From assembly GCA_951406725.2 (NCBI GenBank), contig OX597834.1, positions 21,824,001-21,888,000 on the forward strand: 64,000 nucleotides of DNA, written 5' to 3'. Below are positions 26,774-39,930 of this stretch, one piece after another (positions within the stretch are counted from its first letter, which is position 1; every line of letters begins with the position of its first letter). The stretch is from Octopus vulgaris. Its lineage: Eukaryota. The notes beneath the pieces were generated by a model that was not told where the DNA came from, made no database searches, and saw nothing but the letters and a program-made list of their open reading frames with translations. Position numbers and translations under genes: made by a program.

Positions 26774-27442
26774 GAAGGAGGTAGGGTTAAGAAGAAGGAT
26801 CCCTCCCCCTTTCCAGTTCTTCCAGCAGCTGATCCAATAATGGGAGCAATCGGAACATTCCGGAGCTCAACAAATTTGGACAGAATCAAACTCATTAACC
26901 ATAAATCACCAATTTTTCCTGTTGGTTCTACTTTTTGGGGGACTGGATCGGTGGCTTCCTCGTTTATTTCGTAGATGCTAACGACTTGTGCAATGTTCGT
27001 TAGGTAAGTCAGGGTGACTTTTGAATCCCCAGCTTAGGGATTCTAAAAATTCTGGAATAATTTCCATTTTTTGTTTTTTTCCCTCCAGATAAAACAACTT
27101 GCAAGGGTTTTAGTAACTCATTAAATATAAATTATTACTTTCTGCCATGATATATATATTGATTTCCTGATTTTTTTTTTTTTTATGAGTTGCAGTTTCA
27201 TTAGCAATGTGCCTATCAACACACACACACACACGCACACACATATATATTACCATCGTCATCATCATCATTATCATTATTATCATCATCAACAACTTCA
27301 TCTTGTTTGTTTTTCCATGCTTGCATGGGTTGTGTGTGTGTTCTATTCAGCTATTTGTAATATCCTGCATTTTGGTATATTACCTAGGGAGTTTTCTTCT
27401 GCATTATTTTTATAAATATTTAGAAGATATATATATATATAC

Positions 27443-27540
<98 letters not shown>

Positions 27541-27681
27541 TATATATATATATACACACACATATATATATATGCACACATATATGTGCATACATATATG
27601 TGTGTATCTTTATACATATATATATGTGTGCATGTATATATAGATACATACACTTCTATAATTCTCACTCACACACATACC

Positions 27682-27720
<39 letters not shown>

Positions 27721-28239
27721 TTATATGCATGTATGTGTGTATGTATAAACATTTACATGTGTGTGTATGTATATATCTATTTATATAGGAATATATCTCT
27801 GCTACAAGTTTATTTTGAAAGTCAACCGAAAACGTATAAAAAAAAATTGACAAATTTGTTTTTCTTTTAAATAACATATTCATAATATATTTCATAAATT
27901 TCATAAAAATATATTGAAAAATCTGAAAAGATTAGTGACTAATAAACGCTACAAACATATTTTAAATATATTTGCCAAAAAACCAAACAGGAGAAAGAGA
28001 AAGACAAGAAAATCCAGGAAAAATATCTTGAATATTAAATAACGTTTTATGTTATTGTGGTTGTATGTTTGTGTCTATGTATAGATATGTATGTATGTGT
28101 GTATGTGTGTGTGTGTGTGGAAGGGAGTTTGTGGTAGTGGGGGCAAGATAGATATATGAGGACTTTTAGGTTGATGCTTGTTTATATATGTGCGTATATA
28201 TGTGCATGTGCTGGTTTGTGTTTGTGGATGTATGTGCAC

Positions 28240-28386
28240 AGGCATGGCTGTGTGGTAAGAAGCTTGCTTCCCAACCACATGGCTCCGGGTTCAGTCCCAC
28301 TGTGTAGCACCTTGGGCAAGTATCTTCTACTATACTCTTGGGGTGACCAAAAGCCTTTGTAAGTGGATTTCATAGACAGAAACTGA
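28240..28386 (+). mobile_element. SINE family A, 5' half
   Basis: ggcatggctgtgtggtaagaagcttgcttcccaaccacatgg..ggttcagtcccactg. Confidence 0.85.
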
Positions 28387-28508
28387 TATATATATATATA
28401 TATATATATATACATGCATATATATATTCATATATATATATATACATGCATATATACATGCATATATATTTATTTATTTATTTATATATATATATACATG
28501 CATATATA

Positions 28509-28594
<86 letters not shown>

Positions 28595-29228
28595 TGTGTA
28601 TATGCATGTATTTGTTTCATTGTTAGTCAGAGTTTCTTCATAGGTGCTATCCTACAGGTAATGAAAAGACACATGCACGCACACACACATAATCGCATAC
28701 AGACAGACACACACACACACACGCCCACACACACACACACACACACATAGATATTTAAATAGAGAAAGATTATATGACAGAACGAAACGCTTGCTCTCTT
28801 AACACATTGCATACGTAATATATTATAATAAATTATAATAAATTATAATAAATTATAAACGAGGCGTTTCTCAAGAGACGCACGGTCGCCAGCTATCGGC
28901 AACGGTTCCAACGCATCAACACCAAACTGTATCAATGTGGGTGACACATTACCAAGAAATAGTGAAGAATTTCAGCACCGTTTTTCAAAGATCTAAGACG
29001 CTAAATACAATAGACCCGTCCCGTTTTCTCCTTTCTTCTGGATTCTTTGGTTTAGCAACAAAGTTCTCTCATTAAGCTAACACCATTCTGCCTCATTTCA
29101 TTTGCATCTTATTTATGCATGTGTCACATAAATATTCATTTATGAACACCATTCCATGTCTATTGAATGTCCATGTTCCATACTGACATGGGTTGGACGA
29201 TATAAATATATATATATAAATAATATAT

Positions 29229-29602
29229 GCGCAGGAGTGGCTCTGTGGTAAGTAGCTTGCTTACCAACCACATGGTTCCGGGATCAGTCCCACTGTGTGG
29301 TACCTTGGGCAAGTGTCTTCTGCTATAGCCCCAGGCCGACCAAAGCCTTGTGAGTGGATTTGGTAGACGGAAACTGAAAGAAGCCTGTTGTATATATGTA
29401 TATGTGCATGTGTGTTTGTCCTCCTAGCATTGCTTGACAACCGATGCTGGTGTGTTTATGTCCCCGTCACTTAGCGGTTCGGCAAAAGAGACTGATAGAA
29501 TAAGTACTGGGCTTACAAAGAATAAGTCCCGGGGTCAAGTTGCTCGATTAAAGGTGGTGCTCCAGCATGGCCACATTCGAATGACTGAAACAAGTAAAAG
29601 AG
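29229..29602 (+). mobile_element. SINE family A, full-length, young
   Basis: Best-preserved copy: tRNA-like head, ccttgggcaagt, internal (TA/TG)n and the 3' gaaacaagtaaaag. Confidence 0.92.
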
Positions 29603-29634
<32 letters not shown>

Positions 29635-29743
29635 TGTATGTATAAATGTGTGTGTATAAATATGTGTGTGTATATGTGTGTGCGTTTAATTAAAGTTACA
29701 TTATCATTATTATTATTATTATTATTATTTAAAAGAGTTTTTA

Positions 29744-29960
29744 AGGCAGTGAGCTGGCAGAATCATTAGCATGCCGGGCGAAATACTTAGCAGTATTTCG
29801 TTTGTCTTTACATTCTGTGTTCAAATTCCACTGAGGTCAACTTTTCCTTTCATCCTTTCGGGTTCAATAAAGTAAGTACCAGTTACATACAGGGATCGAT
29901 GTAATCAACTCATCCCCTTGCCCAAAATTGTTGCTCTTGTGGCAAAATTTGGAACCATTA
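29744..29960 (+). mobile_element. SINE family B
   Basis: aggcagtgagctggcagaatc..ttcaaattcc..cctttcatcctttcggg..aagtaccagt. Confidence 0.85.
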
Positions 29961-29969
29961 TTTAAATAA

Positions 29970-30810
29970 TGATGAAATTATTGTGTATAGTGCTCAAGTG
30001 CACTCTACAACTCATCAAAGGTGCATGTACAGCACATAGAATTATGTAGAGAAGTCAGGAAAGTGAACAGTGTATGAGTCATGATACACATGTGTGCATG
30101 CGTATGGAGTGGCGGGTGGATATCAGGTGTAATGTTGGTGAATTTCAGGAAGCTTGGAGATTTTAAAGGATGCAATGTCTCAGCAACTAACAACTGATGC
30201 AGGTAGTTTGTTCCATGCTTCAACGAGTCTTAGTGTGAAAAAATGTTTCTGAAAGTCATGGGAGCTGTGCTGTTTTCTAGCTTTGTAGACATGCCCACAT
30301 GTGTTAAACACATGGAGCTCGAAAAGGTGCTTCAGGTGGTTGTTGGCACAATGGTTAATAACTTTGTGGGTGTTTACGAAGTCAGTTGCCAGACGTTGGA
30401 GCTTCAATGTATCTATGCCAAGGGAAGCAAGGCGTTCAGAGTATGGTAGATGCCTGATGGAAGGTATTCGCTTGGTTGCACGTCTCTGAAAAGTTTCCAG
30501 GAGGTCAATGTCCTGAGCAAGATAGGGGTTCCAAGTGTGGCCACACCACAGCCATGCTTCAGCAACTCTTAGCGTGAAAAAATGTATCCAAAAGTCATGG
30601 GAGCTGTGCTGTTCTAACTTTGTAAGCATGCCCACATGTGTTAGATACATGGAGCTCAAAAAGGCGCTTCAGGTGGTTGTTGGCACAATGGTTAATAACT
30701 TTGTGGGTGTTTACCAAGTCAGTTGCCAGACGTTGGAGCTTCAATGTATCTATGGCCAGGGAAGCCAGGCATTCTGAAAATGGTAGATGCCTGATGGAGA
30801 GTATTCGCTT
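29970..30810 (-). mobile_element. CR1-group LINE, 3' fragment of ORF2, internally duplicated
   Basis: Translation WNPYLAQDIDLLETFQRRATKRIP...CGHVYK...HFFTLRLVEAWNKLPASVV is the typical post-RT C-terminus of CR1/L2-group ORF2. Confidence 0.85.
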
Positions 30811-30821
30811 AGATCTATGTA

Positions 30822-30866
30822 GCTTAACGTTTCGCAGGCTTTTAGTAGAAACCTGCTTCATTCACA
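30822..30866 (-). ncRNA. Hammerhead-like relic
   Basis: Minus strand gtgaaTGA-A-gcaggtt..agcctgc-GAA-ACGT-T. Stem II is 7 bp and the 5' core is degenerate. Confidence 0.35.
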
Positions 30867-31162
30867 CTGATCATTGAATGCATTTGAGTTAGGTTTCCAT
30901 TAGAATCCTGTGAAACTTTAGAATACATGGTGCCAAGCCAAACAGCTTTAAACAATAATATGCATGTATGTACATATACACATTATGATGAAGCATTCAA
31001 AGCAAAAACTTCAAAGTTACTAACAATCTTTACCTTGTAAAAGTTTAATAAGTCTGTACATAATTAAAAAGTATTGATTAATCTTTCAATTAAATGTTAA
31101 ATTATTTTAAAAACATAATAAAAATGAGCATAAATATATACATATATGTGTGTGTGTGTGTG

Positions 31163-31243
<81 letters not shown>

Positions 31244-31609
31244 ACCCATGCTAGCATGGAAAGCGGACGTTAAATGAGGATGATGATGTACATGGATAGA
31301 TTGAGATAGAGAGAGGTGAGGCAAGGAGGGAGATGGTGGGATATATTCACATGCAGTCAGGCATATATAAAAGCTCATGCACTCACACACACCTATACAT
31401 AAATGAGGTTTCCTCAAAAACCCTTTATGCCATATTGTCTCCTGTCAGAAAGCAACAACCATGGCCCTACCCCCACCAACAAGCCCTTCCTCTCTCTTCC
31501 CAATTCAACATTTGTCATTAGTTGATGACATAATGAATAAAAGGTGTCAATCAAATGAAATGATAAAGGGAGCACTTCGCACAGATCCTGCATTTATCTG
31601 AATAGCATC

Positions 31610-31648
<39 letters not shown>

Positions 31649-31791
31649 TATATATATAGATATGATTAATATAAAATTGTAAAAATTATCTATGCATAAA
31701 ATATATATATACAATATATATATATATTTATATATATATACATATATATATGATGTATAATACAATTTGTATATATTGCATATAATATATA

Positions 31792-31870
<79 letters not shown>

Positions 31871-31906
31871 TATAATACAATTTGTATATATTGCATATAA
31901 TATATA

Positions 31907-31956
<50 letters not shown>

Positions 31957-32265
31957 GCAATATATACAAATTGTATCATACATCAAATATATAAATATAT
32001 ATATATATCCATTTAATTATCGTTATTTGTGCAGAAAAGCCCTTACGTTGCATCATTCAACATGTATGTGTGTGTTTGAGTGAGTTATTTTTATGGTTTT
32101 TTTTTATTTTTCCATGTTGTCTGGGTTTTTTGCGTTATTTTTTGTTATTGTTCTTCGGTGGGGGTGGGGGTGGGGTATTCTGTTCTGTTCGGGAATTTGT
32201 GCAAAGAAACTCTGAATTGCTGACTTTTAAGAACTGTGCGTATGTGTGTGTATATATGTATATGC

Positions 32266-32322
<57 letters not shown>

Positions 32323-32423
32323 TTTATACATGAAAACACATATATACATATTTATCTATTTATCTATACATCTATATGTATGTATGTATGCATGTATATA
32401 TGTATGTATGTCAGCATATAAGA

Positions 32424-32475
<52 letters not shown>

Positions 32476-33254
32476 TAGACACTCACACACTCACTCACAC
32501 AAATGCACACACACACTCACACAAATGCACACACACACACGCACACACAAACACACACATACACACATACAAACACACACACACACACACACTTATATCT
32601 GTGTAAATATCTTGAAATGTTTCTTTGCAAAAGGTCATATTGAAAAAGCATCTCCATTGTACTTTTATCTTGCCAATATCGTTAGTTAGAAATAATTATA
32701 CTAATTAATTTTGTTGACATTCCTTTAACACACACACACACACACACATATATATAATTATTTCTTTTTCTATAATTATTATTTTAGAAATCCTTCAAGA
32801 AAATTTTTTACTTTTTTTTCCAAAGTCTTATTTCTCTTTCTTCCCCCCCCCCCCCGCCGATTCATTCCTTAATCAAAGAAACATTTTTATGATTTCTAAG
32901 ACTACCTATGGATACAAACACACACTATAAAAAATACCAATAGATAAAAGAGCCTCTGAAGTGCATAATATCAGAGAATTACTTTTAAAAAAATGCTTTA
33001 AAATAAAATTTAAACATGATTTTAAAAGGAAAACATCAATCATGTATTTATCTATCAGGACGTAGATTAGTCTTCGAAAACTATCATTCAAAGAACAGTT
33101 TATCGTTTTAATTCTTTGAATGATTTTATTTATTGGAAATATAAGAATGTGCCCATACTGGAATAACATTTTTAAATGTTTTCTGTCAGTGTTTTCAACC
33201 CCCTCCTCCACAGTTACTCACTCTGATAAAATTTTCCCCCTTTTTTTTTCCTTT

Positions 33255-33490
33255 TGTAATGGTGCCACATAAAAGGCACTGATGTTGGTACCTTGTGAAA
33301 AAAGGAATGGTGCTGGTGCCACATAAGAAGAAGTCAGTGCACTCTGCAAAGCGGTTGGCTTTAGGAAGGGCATCCAGCTGTAGGAACCATGCCAGAACAG
33401 ACAATGGAAACCGGTGCTGCTCTTGGCCTTGCCAGCCCCTATTAAACCATCCACTCTATGCCAGTAGGACAAATGGACATTAACTGATGA
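33255..33490 (+). mobile_element. Retroposon family C variant with a long (GAT)n tail to about 33625
   Basis: ggttggctttaggaagggcatccagctgtag..ggacattaactgatgatg. Confidence 0.75.
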
Positions 33491-33835
33491 TGATGATGGT
33501 GATGATGATGATGATGAGAATGATGATGATGGTGATGATGATGATGATGATGAGAGTGATGATGATGATGAGGACGATGATGATGAGGACGATGATGATG
33601 AGAGCGATGATGATGATGATGATGATTATAGAACTGCTGACTTTACTTGAAGAAGTTAGCTCCCCTTAGTGAGTATGTCCTGCTCAAGGATTCTATACTG
33701 CTTCAGACAAGTATACACAAACAAGGATTCAGTATATACAAATATGTGTATGTTCACACACACACACACACACGCTTATACATATGTATATATATTCTTT
33801 TATTCTTTTACTTGTTCCAGTCATTTGACTGCAGT

Positions 33836-33866
<31 letters not shown>

Positions 33867-34094
33867 ACATATATATACATATATGCAACAGGATATCAAG
33901 AAGTGATGCAGTACAACCCTTTCAAGCGGCTCCATTTAATTGAACAAAACAATCATTGCATCAATTTAAATGCAGGGCTATCATCAGCTGCACAAACAAA
34001 CATAACTTTAATCAGTTGGACACATTAATAGATTTTTCTCAAATACTGTAACAGAGCAAGAAGAGGAAGAAATCCATGTTGTCACTATTGTAGC

Positions 34095-34260
34095 TATATA
34101 TAGTTGAAATCTACAGAAAAACAAAAGACAGGTGTTCAAACAACAAGCAGGTGTATTAGTTTGACACTCGGGAAAGTGGGGAAGTCTTTTATGTTTCGAG
34201 CCTAAGCTTTTCAACAGAAAGGATCATGAGGAAATAAACAGAGAGAGAATAAGACATGAA
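34095..34260 (-). mobile_element. Hammerhead-bearing element P2, degenerate
   Basis: Minus strand cttt-CTGTTGA-A-aagc ttag gctc-GAAACATA-aaagac, plus the P2 3' flank. Confidence 0.6.
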
Positions 34261-35802
34261 TACATTTTTGAATTATTAATCTGCAGATATCACAAAGTGA
34301 CTCTAGAGCCAAGAGTTTCGTATATGGCCTTTGTGTCACTCTGTAATTTCTGTTGGTTAGAATTAATGTATATTCGAGCAAGTATAGAATAAGTACCAGG
34401 TTTTTCAGAAACAAAGGTGTGGGGGTAGAATAGAAAGCACTGTGATCAATTCCCTTACCAAAAAATTCTTCAAGGCAATGCTCCAGCATGGCCACAGTGA
34501 CTAATGATTGTGACCAAGTCAAGGATAGATGCATACACACGTACATGCATAAACAGGAATCTGGGTTTCACTCATCACCTGATTTAAGACCATCATCTGG
34601 CCCCCATGATGCCTTCAGGAGAGTCCATTCTGTTGCAAAGATCCCTTCCTCCCCGCCATCTCACTAATCTCAGAAGCCCTATAAAGGGCCACGGGCAATG
34701 CCTTCCTTCCTGTCTAAAAGATAAATATGGTTTTATGATACCGATTAGGGTTAATATGATGTGAAACATTCAGTTGATATAGAGTATTAGGGGTTCCCCT
34801 GTTGGTGCTGTTGTTTAGCTTTAATTTAGTTCTGGTTGAATGAAGATATCTAGGATCAAAGGATATCCATCTGTGGTCATCCCATCATATCCTTTTGTTT
34901 TTTTTTTTATTGCTTTTCTTTTTCTTTTTGTTTTGCTGTTTTCCAAACATTTTGCATCCAGGATTTCATTAAACTAATACGACACCCTCTTATTTTCAAT
35001 ACAGCTGGGTGTGATTTTGAGGGTGATTCAACAGCTATTTTAGTCAGGATGAGTGGTCATGTCATACCTGTTTCTCTCTCTCTCTCTCTCTCTCTCTCAT
35101 TGGCTGTATGCAACAAATACCTGTTGAGAAAGTAAATTCCTGCCGAGGAATCGCAAGCCATGATAGTAAACAAAGCTTCTTGTGGCATCATTGGTTAAGT
35201 AACCACAGCAGATCTGCTTTCAAAGTAGAGGCACAGAGGTTGGAGGGGAGGGAAAAGAATTCTCTGGTTTCTCACCTGGAATACACCAGAGCCGTGCGCC
35301 AGAGGAAATCATTGCCATTACAGTAGAGGGGGCAATAGCGGTGGTGGTGGCGGCGGCGGCGGCAGTGGCGGCGGTGGTGGTGGTGGTGGTGGTGGTGGTG
35401 GTGGTGACGGTGGTTGCAGGGAGGTGACAGAATAGAGAGCTGCATTTATCTAACCAGTATACCTGACACGACACAGTTAAAATATAAGTGTGTGTGTGTG
35501 CATACTATATATGAGTGTGTGTCTGTGTCTGTATACACACATTTGTTTGTGTGTGTATATATATATGTTTGTGTGTGTTTGTGTGCATAATATATAAGAG
35601 TGTGTCTGTGTCTCTATACACACATTTGTTTGTGTATGTTTGTGTGTGTGTGTGTGTGTGTGTGTTTGCAAGAACACATATATAAATAAATATACCTGTG
35701 TATGTGTGCATCTGCATGTGCACACACACATACACACACACACTTATATGAACATACATCAATGCAAATACACACATGTATACACATGCATATAGACACA
35801 TA

Positions 35803-35852
<50 letters not shown>

Positions 35853-36649
35853 CATATATACACATACATACACAGAGACAGTCATCCACCCTAATTCTTT
35901 ATTCACATCAGATTCAATTTCGTTCCAGTGATTTGGTGACGTTCTGCAGTTTCTCTCTCTGTCTTGCCAGAAGCATTTCTCACACACACATACACAAACA
36001 TATACACATATGTGTGTGTATACATACATGTATATATGTGTATGTGTGTATGCGTGTATGTTTTATATGTATATAAGCAACCACATATATATATATATAT
36101 ATAGATACACAGACACACACACACAAACATACATACATACATACATACAGATAGACATACATTCATACATACATACATACATACATACAGATAGACATAC
36201 ATACATTCATACATACATACATACACACATACATACATACATACATACATACATACATACATACACACATACATACACACATACATACATACATACATGC
36301 ATACAAACATACATACATGCATGCATACATATACGCACGTGTGTGTGTGTGTGTTTGAAATCTAATTGATAATTCCAAACCAAATTGCTACTCGATCATT
36401 GCAGAGAGTATCCAGCTGTGCCAGCTGTGAGACTCTGAGTAATGATGGAGTGGGCTTTCATCTTTGAATTGTACAAACAGATTACTAAACTATCGACTTA
36501 AAGTTGTTGTGCACCATGAAACAAAGACATCTCCATCCGTCTGCCTATTTGTCCACCTGTCTGTTTGTCTGTCTGTCTATCTCCCTACATATGTATCTGC
36601 ACAAACCTACCAACTTACCTACCTACATGTTTATCTATGAGTATTTTTG

Positions 36650-36816
36650 TGTGTGTTCTCTCCTTGTTTCTTTTCTGTGTATCTTTCTGACGAAGAGCGT
36701 AGGCTCGAAACATAAAAGACTTTTTCTATTTCTATTCCTGAGCGCCATACTAATACATTTGTTTGTTTGTACTCCACCTGCCTTCATCTTTTGTTTATTT
36801 TCGTAAACCTTCCCGT
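36650..36816 (+). mobile_element. Hammerhead-bearing short element, subfamily P2
   Basis: Near-identical to 45290-45465 and followed by (TA)n. Confidence 0.8.
36682..36719 (+). ncRNA. Minimal type-I hammerhead ribozyme motif
   Basis: UCUUU-CUGACGA-A-GAGC GUAG GCUC-GAA-ACAU-A^-AAAGA. Confidence 0.65.
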
Positions 36817-36834
36817 ATATATATATATATATTT

Positions 36835-37134
36835 ATCACCATGATCACTGTGACTGACCAGGCTGTCAGATGTTGTTACACATCGCTGGTCACAATGCGT
36901 TTCGCATTGTTTTAGCCTTCAAATAACGCCACTCTGCTGGCTAAGCGAGCAGGCCAACAGAAGAAAGAATGAGAGAAAGTTGTGGCGAAAGAGTACAGCA
37001 GGGATCGCCACCACCCCCTGCCAGAGCCCCGTGGAGGTTTAGGTGTTTTCGTTCAATAAACACTCACAACACCCGGTATGGGAATCGAAACCGCGATCCT
37101 CCGACCGCGAATCCACTGCCCTAACCACTGGGCC
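36835..37134 (-). mobile_element. tRNA-derived SINE family D
   Basis: Minus head ggcccagtggttagggc..ggtttcgattccc has A/B boxes. The 3' end gcattgtgaccagcgatg is shared with the copies near 44500 and 45510. Confidence 0.75.
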
Positions 37135-37154
37135 TTATATATATATATATATAT

Positions 37155-37395
37155 AGTTCCATGCCGGTGGTACATAAAAAGCACCATCCGATCGTGGCCA
37201 TTGCCAGCCTTGCCTGGCATGTAAAAAGCACCCACTACACTTACGGAGTGGTTGGCGTTAGGAAGGGCATCCAGCTGTAGAAACATTGCCAGATCAGACT
37301 GGGCCTGGTGCAGCCTTCTGGCTTCCCAGACCCCAGTTGAACCGTCCAACCCATGCTAGCATGGAAAGCGGACGCTAAATGATGATGATGATGAT
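37155..37395 (+). mobile_element. Retroposon family C, young
   Basis: ggttggcgttaggaagggcatccagctgtagaaac..ccaacccatgctagcatggaaagcggacg..(gat)n. Confidence 0.9.
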
Positions 37396-38113
37396 AATTC
37401 AAATGTACAGAAAACAAAAGACCAAAACAGGTAGGAGAACAACAAGCAGGTGTATTAGTTTCATGCTCTGGAAAAATGAAAAAAAATCTTTGGCATTTCG
37501 AGCCAAAGGCTCTGAGAACTTTAAATGGTCAGCTACATATTTTAGCTTCTTGTCAAAGACTTCATTACTTGATCAGGACATATTCATGTAAACTAATTTT
37601 CATCTTTTTATCATTATAAAAATGATTTTGTTACCTGATCCGAACATTTTTGTGTAGACTATTTTTTGATTCATCACAAAGGATACACAAAGCCTCAAAC
37701 CTTTTCTTATCATTGACAAAGACTCTGTCACTTGATTTGAATACATGTATGTAAACTAATTTTTGACACCGCAGTGGATACACAAAACCTCACACCTCAT
37801 ATTTAAAAATCTTATTATTTAAGTGACACCAGTTATGCTAATGAATACTTTTAAAAGACTCCTGCATTTTCAGATGCTTTTCCTTGTATGTATGTATGTA
37901 TGTATGTATGTATGTATGGCAAATAAGAAAATGGAGAAGCACATTAGTTGGTTCATCAACCTTAGGATATTAAAATGTTGACTTATTTATTTATCAAAAT
38001 GACAACCATAATAACATACATACATATGCTTATATTATTCAATGCATATAATATAAGATATAAGATAAGAATACAAGTAGTGATTAAAAAACATGAATGT
38101 AAATTATTAACAT

Positions 38114-38239
38114 CATTTACAGCTGTTTCAGCCTATGGATAATAGCAACTCATTGTGCCTATATTAGTCAAATGTATTGAGGTGGTAGGAAGTTGAAAAA
38201 TGAGGTACTAATATATATCCCTAGGCGTCGTCAGAGATT
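38114..38239 (-). ncRNA. Hammerhead motif with extended stem II and large loop
   Basis: Minus strand CUGACGA-c-gcctagggata...tatccataggc-t-GAA-ACAGCUGU-A^. 10 of 11 stem II pairs form; stem I is weak. Confidence 0.5.
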
Positions 38240-38298
38240 ATAAAGTACAATCATAAAAATATAAATATGTATATGAAACAAAATACACGCACAATTTA

Positions 38299-38350
<52 letters not shown>

Positions 38351-38406
38351 ATATATATACATACATATAAATATATATATACATACATATATATATATAC
38401 ACAGAC

Positions 38407-38439
<33 letters not shown>

Positions 38440-38441
<2 letters not shown>

Positions 38442-38600
38442 CAGGGCTCAAAATTGTACAAATAACAGAAGACAGGGACCGGTGGGGGAACAACAAACAG
38501 GATGTGCCGTGCCAGTTTGGTGCACAGGGAAAATGGAAAGTCTTTGACGTTTCAAACCTATGCTCTTCTACAGAAAGTAATGAAGAGAGAAAATCAGAGA
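38440..38600 (-). mobile_element. Hammerhead-bearing element P2, degenerate
   Basis: Minus strand cttt-CTGTAGA-A-gagc atag gttt-GAA-ACGT-C^-aaag at 38542-38577. Confidence 0.6.
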
Positions 38601-38734
38601 AAGAAAAAAAAGAAGAAAAAAAACCTGTCTGGTGTGTGTGTCTGTGTGTGTGTGTGTGTATTGCTATCATTACTTTTGTTTATTTTCTTTTTCTCCCACC
38701 CTCTACCTCTACATATATCTTTTATTTCTCTCAG

Positions 38735-39082
38735 CCTCTCTTTCTCTCTCTCTCCCTCCCTCTCTCTATCTATTTTCTCTTCTCCTCCTCTATCTCTCTC
38801 CCTCCCTCTCTCTATCTATTTTCTCTTCTCCTCTATCTCTCTCTCCCTCTCTCTCCTTCTCTTTCTCCCTCCCTCTCTCTATCTATTTTCTCTTCTCCTC
38901 TATCTCTCTCTCTCCCTCCCTCTATCTATTTTCTTTTCTCCTCTATCTCTCTCCCTCTCTCTCTCCCTCCTTCTCTCTCTCCCTCCCTCTCTCTGTCTAT
39001 TTTCTCTTCTCCCTCTCTCTCTCTCTCCCTCTCTCTCTCTATCTATTTTCTTTTCTCCCCCCCCTCTCTCTCTCCTTCTCCC
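38735..39082. repeat. Polypyrimidine tract with a repeated ctctatctattttctcttctc unit
   Basis: About 6 recurrences of tatctattttct within (CT)n. Confidence 0.85.
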
Positions 39083-39253
39083 CATATGTGAGTTGTTGTT
39101 AGACATCTCAGACACAGACACAACATGTCCAAAATTATCGTTAGTGTCACTTAACACGTTTCTAAATCAGCAATTACTCGTCTCTGAAATTTAAAATTCT
39201 AATTAACTTCAAAACAGCAATAATTTACTTCCATGTTATTTGTTTTTATCTAT

Positions 39254-39292
<39 letters not shown>

Positions 39293-39504
39293 TTGCAATT
39301 TCAGTGTGACAAACACAAATAATTTACCCCCCTAAAAATAACTGCTTTAGATTTTAGCATTTATTGATTCTTTCTCTGACACCCCTACATCTATAGGGAT
39401 ACACCCCCCACAACCCCCTTGCCCCCCCTCTTCTCTATTCCTACCCCTAACATTATTGGTACTAGAGGAATCGGCTTGTTTCATAGTCTGCTTCGGACAA
39501 TAAA

Positions 39505-39930
39505 CTGACACAAGGCTTGCAGTTTTGAGAGGAGGGGGTTTGTCAGATACATTGACCCCTCCCCCCTCCAGTACTTAACAGGTACTGAACTTTTTTCCTC
39601 ATCCCCTCCCCCAAGAGAATGAAAGGCAAAGATGACTTCAGTGGAATTTGAACTCAGAACCTAAAGGACCAAAAGTAATGCTGCTAAGAATTTTGTTCGA
39701 CCCACTGGTTTCGAACTGAGGCACAAGGCCAGCAATTTTAAAGGGAGGGGTGAGTCAAATGTATTGATCCCCAGTATGTAACTGGTACTTTATTTTATTG
39801 ACCTTCAAAGAATGAAAAGCAAAGTTGACCTCAGCAGGATTTGAACTTAAGTACTTAACTGGTACTTTATTTTATCAATTGCAGGGAGGTTGATCTGAGA
39901 GGGATTTGAACTCAGAACAAAAAGATTCAT
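39505..39930 (-). mobile_element. Tandem degenerate family B SINEs
   Basis: Repeated gaatgaaaggcaaag..gacctcag..gatttgaactcagaac motifs. Confidence 0.7.

Noticed and set aside
37060-37134. tRNA gene
   Set aside because: A/B boxes are present but there is no acceptor stem, and the sequence continues into a SINE body. The same applies to the family A and B heads.
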